A DNA stretch of 28,412 nucleotides, taken from positions 1 through 28,412 of the forward strand of contig JACATA010000007.1 of the NCBI GenBank assembly GCA_013390375.1. Reading direction: 5' to 3'. How positions within the stretch are numbered: position 1 is the first letter of the stretch; each line of letters begins with the position of its first letter. The notes under the pieces were generated by a model. It made no database searches. It had not been told where the DNA came from and saw nothing but the letters and a program-made list of their open reading frames with translations. The stretch is from Marine Group I thaumarchaeote. Lineage in GTDB: Archaea; Thermoproteota; Nitrososphaeria; Nitrososphaerales; Nitrosopumilaceae. Of this stretch, positions 23,361 through 28,412 are shown one piece after another. A program made the translations under genes and the position numbers.

Positions 23361-23460
23361 TTAATCACCATAATGCCGACTTGGTCGTCTGAAAATATCA
23401 AGCAAATCTTCTAAAATTAGTCGTAAAGATTCTTTAGTTGATTTTTTCATTATCGTTCAT
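23361..23460 (-). pseudogene. decayed copy of an island-1-type micro-gene (MNDNEKIN* then out-of-frame MKKSTKESLRLILEDLLDIFRRPSRHYGD*)
   Basis: 23438..23453 is a 16-nt exact match to 403..418 (codons NEKIN of 384..611). TAACTCGATT after the stop is also conserved at 377..386 and 1070..1079. ATGAACGAT start retained. Confidence 0.35.
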
Positions 23461-23594
23461 TCTAAATCCTGATGCTCTTTAGCCAAATGTTCTTCTTTTG
23501 GGAGTTTGGTATTGCCCTGAAAATGTGGTTGAACTACAACACCACATATTTTACATTTTGAGTTATCAAAATATTTTTCAACATCTTTAACCAT
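23457..23594 (-). CDS. hypothetical Cys/His micro-protein, 45 aa (MVKDVEKYFDNSKCKICGVVVQPHFQGNTKLPKEEHLAKEHQDLE)
   Basis: Hand-translated ORF with a CKICG motif plus downstream His residues. Its TGA overlaps the ATG of the MND remnant (ATGA), as at 1447..1450. Confidence 0.4.
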   Translation of the reverse strand: MVKDVEKYFDNSKCKICGVVVQPHFQGNTKLPKEEHLAKEHQDLE

Positions 23595-23708
23595 ATTCTT
23601 TATCCCTCATCGTTCATAACATTGTAAAATAACACTTATCTAAAAAATTTATGGTGTTCAGGATCTTTGTATGGCAATATCACAGATTTATGACGATTGG
23701 AATTTAGG

Positions 23709-23858
23709 TTATTTTATTTTCTCAAAAGCATTTAGGTAGCTGTTTGAGTTTGTTTTGAGTTGATTTTTTATGTAAGATTCTGAAAAACCATGCACTTTCT
23801 TAACATGTTCCACAATATCACTACAAGTCGTTTTACAAGTTTTACACAAGTATTTCAT
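23709..23858 (-). CDS. hypothetical C2H2-like zinc-finger micro-protein, 49 aa (MKYLCKTCKTTCSDIVEHVKKVHGFSESYIKNQLKTNSNSYLNAFEKIK)
   Basis: Hand-translated ORF with a CxxC...HxxxxH arrangement. Lies downstream of the palindrome array 23909..23970. Confidence 0.45.
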   Translation of the reverse strand: MKYLCKTCKTTCSDIVEHVKKVHGFSESYIKNQLKTNSNSYLNAFEKIK

Positions 23859-23908
23859 ATCTAGTATGATATATCACACTATACATATCCATCTTATTGT
23901 TTAGACGA

Positions 23909-23970
23909 ATATGACTAATGTTAGTCATATGAGAATGACTAGTCATCGTTAGATAGGAATGACTAGTCAT
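23909..23970. promoter_or_regulatory. array of three palindromic sites with half-site ATGACTA (candidate operators)
   Basis: Sites are ATGACTAA-TG-TTAGTCAT (23911..23928), ATGACTAGTCAT (23935..23946) and ATGACTAGTCAT (23959..23970). Centre spacing is 21 and 24 bp. Located 50-110 nt upstream of the 23858 ATG. Confidence 0.5.
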
Positions 23971-23980
23971 AGCTAGTAAG

Positions 23981-24001
23981 ATTAGCTAGATTCTAGCTAA
24001 T
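23981..24001. promoter_or_regulatory. 21-nt palindrome ATTAGCTAGA-T-TCTAGCTAAT, copy 1
   Basis: Perfect 10-nt arms. Overlaps the stop codon of 23997..24227. Near-identical copy at 24262..24282. Confidence 0.5.
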
Positions 24002-24227
24002 TATCTTGTAATATTTTTAATCTTATTTCATTGGCACAGATTTCACAGACAGTCAAATCAAAGACTTTATGCCGTTTTCTTAAACCAAAAGGATCTTTGC
24101 ATGCAGCACAAATAGACGGAGATAGATAATATGGTGGAGTAAATTCTGTCATTAACGACCTGAGCTTCTTCCTGCTGTTTTTCCTATCTTTTTCTTTTTG
24201 TTTTTGTGTGTACCCATAGCTAATCAT
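23997..24227 (-). CDS. hypothetical zinc-ribbon protein with basic N-terminus, 76 aa
   Basis: ORF track. CAAC...CEIC CxxC pairs. N-terminal KQKEKDRKNSRKKLR. Confidence 0.6.
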   Translation of the reverse strand: MISYGYTQKQKEKDRKNSRKKLRSLMTEFTPPYYLSPSICAACKDPFGLRKRHKVFDLTVCEICANEIRLKILQDN

Positions 24228-24258
24228 AGTTAGTACGCATAGCTAATCATAGCTGATA
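24213..24258. repeat. 23-nt tandem duplication covering the start codon of 23997..24227
   Basis: 24213..24235 and 24236..24258 match at 19/23 positions. On the minus strand the upstream copy reads ATGATTAGCTATGCGTACTAA (MISYAY*), ending 2 nt before the real ATGATTAGCTATGGG... Confidence 0.7.
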
Positions 24259-24261
24259 GAA

Positions 24262-24282
24262 ATTAGATAGATTCTAGCTAAT
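24262..24282. promoter_or_regulatory. 21-nt palindrome, copy 2 (ATTAGATAGA-T-TCTAGCTAAT)
   Basis: One mismatch to copy 1. Lies 35-55 nt upstream of the ATG at 24227, i.e. at promoter position. Confidence 0.5.
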
Positions 24283-24347
24283 TTAATCAACAATTGTTTA
24301 CAACGTGTAAAAATACAATTAAAAATTAATTCTAGTATCACTAAAAA

Positions 24348-24593
24348 TTATAGTTCTTCTTGTTCTGAAATTACAGAAAGCGTTGTAGTTGTATTAACAT
24401 TTTTAACCTTCCTTATTTTTTTTGTAATAATTCTTACAATTTCCTTTTCTGATGATGCCTCAATTTTTACAAGAATATCATAATAGCCAAAAGTGCCTTT
24501 TGCCTCTTTAACAAAATCAATTTTTAATAGATCACTTAGCACTTCCATTTCATGCCCAATTGTACTTTGAACTAGTACATATGCAATATTCAT
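24348..24593 (-). CDS. stand-alone Lrp/AsnC-type ligand-binding (RAM) domain protein, 81 aa
   Basis: AYVLVQSTIGHEMEVLSDLLKIDFVKEAKGTFGYYDILVKIEASSEKEI...VNTTTTLSV matches the Lrp/AsnC C-terminal domain pattern. No HTH. ATGA overlap with the purF stop. Confidence 0.75.
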   Translation of the reverse strand: MNIAYVLVQSTIGHEMEVLSDLLKIDFVKEAKGTFGYYDILVKIEASSEKEIVRIITKKIRKVKNVNTTTTLSVISEQEEL

Positions 24594-26026
24594 TTACTGC
24601 CCTCCAATTGTGCTAGAGTTTTAAAAATTGGTTTTATTCCTAATGAAGAATAATTTCCTGTTGTACATGTAAAACACATGGAATCTATTGGAATGCCAAT
24701 AGCACGTGCAAGATTTTCAGGATCATTGTAACCAAGAAAATCAGCGCCTATATCATTTCGTACTTTTTCTATAATTTGTTCATCTGAATAATCTTTACCA
24801 TCAGTATATGTTGCAAGCTCTTCCTGGGATGGAAAATCTATACCAGCGAAACAGGGAAATTTAATTGGCGGATATGTTATAACCAGGCTAATTTTACGCG
24901 CGCCGCCCCTTCGTAATGCTTTGATAATTGCACGAGAGCTAGTACCCCTAACTAAACTATCATCCACAACAACAACATGTTTTCCCTCAATAATTTCTTG
25001 AATGGGAATAATCCATCTATTGATCTCTATTCTATCAGATTGATGTGGTTCAATAAAACTTCGAAGTGGACCCTTTTTGCTATAACGATCTTTTAACAAT
25101 CCTTCGTCAAAAGGAATCCCAAGCTCTTGTGCATAACCTAATGCAGCTGGTCTGGCTGAATCAGGAACAGGAATAACCAAATCCGCCTCTTTGAACGGAA
25201 ATTTTTTTGCAAGAAATCTACCAATGTTTTTTCTTGCTACGTATATGTTAGAACCCTCCATTTTGCTTGAGGGATGTGCAAAATATGTAAACTCAAAAGA
25301 ACAATGAGCTCTAGACGTATCAGTTGAAAACATTTCAGTTTCAACACCATTTTTACTTAATTTAATAAGCTCACCAGGTGTGACATCTCGTTCTAACTTA
25401 GCACCAATAGCAGACAGCGCTGACGATTCTGATGCAACAATATGTGTTTTACCGTCTTCTTTTTTTCCCATAACCATAGGTCTGAAGCCCTTTGGATCAC
25501 GTGCTGCAAAAACAGAAGAATCGTCAGAAAGAAAAGTAAAACAATAAGATCCCACCATTTCATTTTTTAAAATTGATAGTGCCTTGCTAAGTTTTCCCTT
25601 CTCAGATATTAGAGAAACTAAACGTTGTGCGACAATTAGAGTGTCACTTGCGTGTTGTGGTGTAAATGAGCATCCACCAACCATGTTGGAAAGTTCTTCT
25701 ACATTAGAAATTGTCCCATTATGGGCAATACATAGATCCTTAACTTTTAGTGGCTGAGCGTTTTCCAAATTGCTTTTACCAATAGTAGAGTATCTAACAT
25801 GACCAATCGCAGCAAATGATGAATATTCTTCAGAGATTTTCTTAAATTCAGAGGCAGCCGCCGAAACAAGCCCTAATTTTTTTAATGGTAATCTTTTAGG
25901 TACGGCAATACCCCAAGCCTCTTGACCTCTATGTTGCAATGCACGCAATGAATCAATAAGCATAGGAATTACGTTAATTCCATCCAAACTAAAAATTCCT
26001 ACAACGCCGCAATTTTCTTTAACCAT
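24590..26026 (-). CDS. purF: amidophosphoribosyltransferase
   Basis: N-terminal MVKEN-CGVVGIF (Ntn catalytic Cys), PRTase motif VVVVDDSLVRGTS, and C-terminal Cys residues consistent with the Fe-S type. Confidence 0.95.
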   Translation of the reverse strand: MVKENCGVVGIFSLDGINVIPMLIDSLRALQHRGQEAWGIAVPKRLPLKKLGLVSAAASEFKKISEEYSSFAAIGHVRYSTIGKSNLENAQPLKVKDLCIAHNGTISNVEELSNMVGGCSFTPQHASDTLIVAQRLVSLISEKGKLSKALSILKNEMVGSYCFTFLSDDSSVFAARDPKGFRPMVMGKKEDGKTHIVASESSALSAIGAKLERDVTPGELIKLSKNGVETEMFSTDTSRAHCSFEFTYFAHPSSKMEGSNIYVARKNIGRFLAKKFPFKEADLVIPVPDSARPAALGYAQELGIPFDEGLLKDRYSKKGPLRSFIEPHQSDRIEINRWIIPIQEIIEGKHVVVVDDSLVRGTSSRAIIKALRRGGARKISLVITYPPIKFPCFAGIDFPSQEELATYTDGKDYSDEQIIEKVRNDIGADFLGYNDPENLARAIGIPIDSMCFTCTTGNYSSLGIKPIFKTLAQLEGSK

Positions 26027-28187
26027 GTTTCAACAAATCCTCTAACCCATTGAAATATCTTTTTCGCAGTATATCAACAATGATTTTAACCAGGTTTTTT
26101 GATTTATACGTAATGTTGATCTGATCGCCAGAAAATTTTCCTAAAACAGCAAACGAGATTTTTTTCTTAGAAAGAAATTGTTTTACGCGTATTATATTTT
26201 TTTGATCAATTACCAACAAATAACGAGAATGACTTTCTGAGAATAATATTTTTTCGGAACTAAGATTTTTTACAAATGGCATATTATTAATATCAATATT
26301 ACATCCAATGTTCCCAAAAATTGAAAGTTCTGATACCGCTATTGCAAATCCGCCTTTTGAGCAATCATGTACTGATTTTACTAGTTTATTTTTTATTAAT
26401 GATAATACTGCAAGCATGTTAATTTTTGAATCTTTAAAATCAACACTTGGACAAATTCCACCAATAAATTTATGAATGTATTCAAAATATTCAGAACCGC
26501 CAAGTTCATCCCTTGTCTTTCCAATAATTATCAAATAATCCCCGTTATTTGGTGGGACTGGCAAAAATGGAGTTTTATCTATAATTCCTAAAACACCAAT
26601 AAGTGGAGTCGGTTTAATTGGACCTAAAGGAGTTTCGTTATAAAAACTCACTTTGCCTCCAACACATGGTATCCTGAGAAATTTTGCGTATTCAGTTAAT
26701 CCTTCAAGTGATTCCATAAACGTCCAAAATATTTCTGGATCCTCTGGATTACCAAATTGAAGATGATCAACCATTCCAATTGGATTTGCTCCTGTACAAA
26801 CAACATTTCTACATGCCTCCTCAAAGCAACCAATTGCACCCTGTCTAGGATCAAGATAACAATGTTTTGGATTACCATCAATTTTTGTTGAAAGAAATTT
26901 TCCATTATCTAATCTTAAAACAGAAGCATCAAAACCTGGCTTTACAACAGTTCTAATCCCAACTTCATGATCATATTGACGAAAAACCCAATGTTTGCTT
27001 GAAATATTTGGACTGGACAGTAATTTTAGAATTGTTTTTGAATAATCCAAGGTTTTTTTTGCTTTATTTTCTTTTTTGATCTGCTTCAGATATTTTGGTT
27101 TGGTTTTTTTTCTATCAAGTAACGGTGCACGAGCAACAAATTCTGCGGGAAGTAATGCAAGTGTGTTTTTACCCTTTTTCACATGCATCATTTTATCATC
27201 TTTAACGTGACCAATTGTTGAGCAAGTTACTCCAAATTTATCACAGATTTGCTTCAGTTTTGACAATTTTTCCTTACATGTAATTATTAACATCCTTTCC
27301 TGTGATTCAGAAATCATTATTTCGTCTGGTGATAATCCAGACTCTCTAGTATGAACACTGTCAACATCTAATTCAATTCCAATTCCTAAGCTTTCAGCAG
27401 TCTCAGAAATTGCACATGACAATCCACCGCCACCCAAATCTTTCATTGCATTAATGCATTTTTCATTTCTTGCTTCAAGAATTGTTTCTATAATTAATTT
27501 TTCAATGAAAGGATCAGGAATTTGCACTGCTGATCTATCTTCACTTTCCAATGAATTAGAAGCAAATTGTGAGCCTCCTATTCCATCACGACCTGTAGGA
27601 CCACCTATAAGAACAACCAAATCTCCTTTGTTGGCATGATTTTTTATTAGCCTATCTTTTTTTCCATATCCAATTGCAGCAACATCAACCAAAGCATAAT
27701 TTTTGTAACAGTCATCAAATTCAACTTCACCACCAATAGTTGGAATACCTAAACAATTTCCATAATCAGCTATTCCAGAAACCACATTTTTAAAAAGCCA
27801 GCGTGCATGGGCATCATTTTCAATATTCCCAAAACGTAATCCGTCAAGTATTGCAATGGGACGGGTTCCAGTCGACAAAATATCACGAATAACACCACCT
27901 ACACCTGTTGCTGCTCCTCCAAATGGCTCCACCGCAGATGGATGATTATGGCTTTCAATGTGTACAGTTACAACATAACTATCACCAACATCTAAAACGC
28001 CAGAATCATATCCTTTTTCAAGTATTACATTTGGACCTGTAGTTGGAAGCATCTTCAGGTGTTTCTTTGAAGATTTGTATGAACAATGTTCTGACCATTC
28101 TGCAGCAACAATTTGTAATTCAGTCTTTGTTAATTTTCTTTTAATTGTATCTTTAACGTACTTAGTTTCGTGTTTTTGTAAACTCAA
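26019..28187 (-). CDS. purL: phosphoribosylformylglycinamidine synthase subunit PurL (FGAM synthase II)
   Basis: 722 aa with EWSEHCSYKSS, ESHNHPSAVEPFGGAATGVGGVIRD and duplicated AIR-synthase-like domains. Overlaps purF by 8 nt. Confidence 0.95.
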   Translation of the reverse strand: MSLQKHETKYVKDTIKRKLTKTELQIVAAEWSEHCSYKSSKKHLKMLPTTGPNVILEKGYDSGVLDVGDSYVVTVHIESHNHPSAVEPFGGAATGVGGVIRDILSTGTRPIAILDGLRFGNIENDAHARWLFKNVVSGIADYGNCLGIPTIGGEVEFDDCYKNYALVDVAAIGYGKKDRLIKNHANKGDLVVLIGGPTGRDGIGGSQFASNSLESEDRSAVQIPDPFIEKLIIETILEARNEKCINAMKDLGGGGLSCAISETAESLGIGIELDVDSVHTRESGLSPDEIMISESQERMLIITCKEKLSKLKQICDKFGVTCSTIGHVKDDKMMHVKKGKNTLALLPAEFVARAPLLDRKKTKPKYLKQIKKENKAKKTLDYSKTILKLLSSPNISSKHWVFRQYDHEVGIRTVVKPGFDASVLRLDNGKFLSTKIDGNPKHCYLDPRQGAIGCFEEACRNVVCTGANPIGMVDHLQFGNPEDPEIFWTFMESLEGLTEYAKFLRIPCVGGKVSFYNETPLGPIKPTPLIGVLGIIDKTPFLPVPPNNGDYLIIIGKTRDELGGSEYFEYIHKFIGGICPSVDFKDSKINMLAVLSLIKNKLVKSVHDCSKGGFAIAVSELSIFGNIGCNIDINNMPFVKNLSSEKILFSESHSRYLLVIDQKNIIRVKQFLSKKKISFAVLGKFSGDQINITYKSKNLVKIIVDILRKRYFNGLEDLLKHG

Positions 28188-28412
28188 TTTTTTACTCCAA
28201 TTGTATGTATCAATGATTCAAAAATTAATGATGAGGGCTTGTTATCTAGTGGGTTGATCACTCCTTCAGCAGCACGCTCAGGATGTGGCATCATTCCTAC
28301 AATATTGCCATCCTCATTACATATACCAGCAATTTGTTGTAGAGAACCATTAACATAATTTTCATATGTAAAAACAATTTGATTATGCTTGTTTAAATCA
28401 TGCATTAATTGG
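28184..28412 (-). CDS. purQ: phosphoribosylformylglycinamidine synthase subunit PurQ (glutaminase), C-terminal part; gene continues beyond the right edge
   Basis: GMMPHPERA motif (catalytic His/Glu region of class-I glutamine amidotransferases). ATGA overlap with purL. The M at 28405 is internal. Confidence 0.88.
   Translation of the reverse strand, partial: QLMHDLNKHNQIVFTYENYVNGSLQQIAGICNEDGNIVGMMPHPERAAEGVINPLDNKPSSLIFESLIHTIGVKN

Noticed and set aside
23300-23395. Possible C/D-box sRNA (AUGAUCA … CUGA) on the plus strand, and an AUGAUGA box on the minus strand near 18835
   Set aside because: The C box has a mismatch, no C'/D' pair or terminal stem could be found, and the spacing is longer than typical archaeal C/D sRNAs. 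The minus-strand candidate has no CUGA D box within range.
24348-24593. 81-aa ORF after purF as PurS
   Set aside because: The sequence pattern (…GYYDILVKIEASSEKEI…VNTTTTLSV) fits the Lrp/AsnC RAM domain, not the PurS consensus as I recall it. PurS is normally encoded next to purQ, which lies beyond the right edge.
403-28257. Other shadow ORFs: 403..624(+), 2806..3042(+), 4392..4667(-), 8167..8400(+), 19465..19662(+), 21288..21494(+), 22940..23158(-), 26696..26905(-), 27454..27639(+), 28075..28257(+)
   Set aside because: All are opposite or out of frame with genes that have clear homology-type signatures (bioD, bioB, GIY-YIG-like, PNPOx-like, purC, DUF1059-like, purL) or with the better-supported 75-aa ORF. 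Their sequences look like composition artefacts.

Overview
AT-rich (about one-third G+C by eye) archaeal chromosomal segment. Gene content fits a marine ammonia-oxidising thaumarchaeon (Nitrosopumilus-like); this is inferred from archaeal-type r-proteins such as S4e, an ESCRT-III/CdvB-like gene, proteasome alpha, frequent TTG starts and tight ATGA gene coupling. Core genes: divergent biotin cluster bioD-bioA <> bioB-bioF; an orphan CdvB/ESCRT-III paralogue; psmA; a SPOUT (DUF171) methyltransferase; a 15-gene r-protein cluster L3->L6 with no L2 gene, ending at tRNA-Asn(GTT); PNPOx-like, DUF371 and ArsR-type genes; purC; and purQ(partial)-purL-purF followed by a coupled stand-alone Lrp/AsnC RAM-domain gene. 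Three short accessory patches hold most of the unexplained signal. (i) 1-2300 is a mosaic island of translationally coupled micro-genes (30-75 aa) with shared termini and an identical pyrimidine-rich intercistronic spacer. (ii) 18034-19420 lies beside tRNA-Asn and is bracketed by two copies of a 25-nt palindromic element. It carries a Zn-ribbon gene, a small membrane gene, a structured-looking non-coding stretch and a GC-rich gene for a 109-aa K/R/G/A-only tandem-repeat protein. (iii) 22800-24300 is a cluster of small Cys/His ORFs with decayed copies of island-(i) cassettes and a dense array of CTAG-centred palindromes. No CRISPR array, rRNA, transposase or integrase was seen. All functional calls come from reading the translations by eye; no database search was run.
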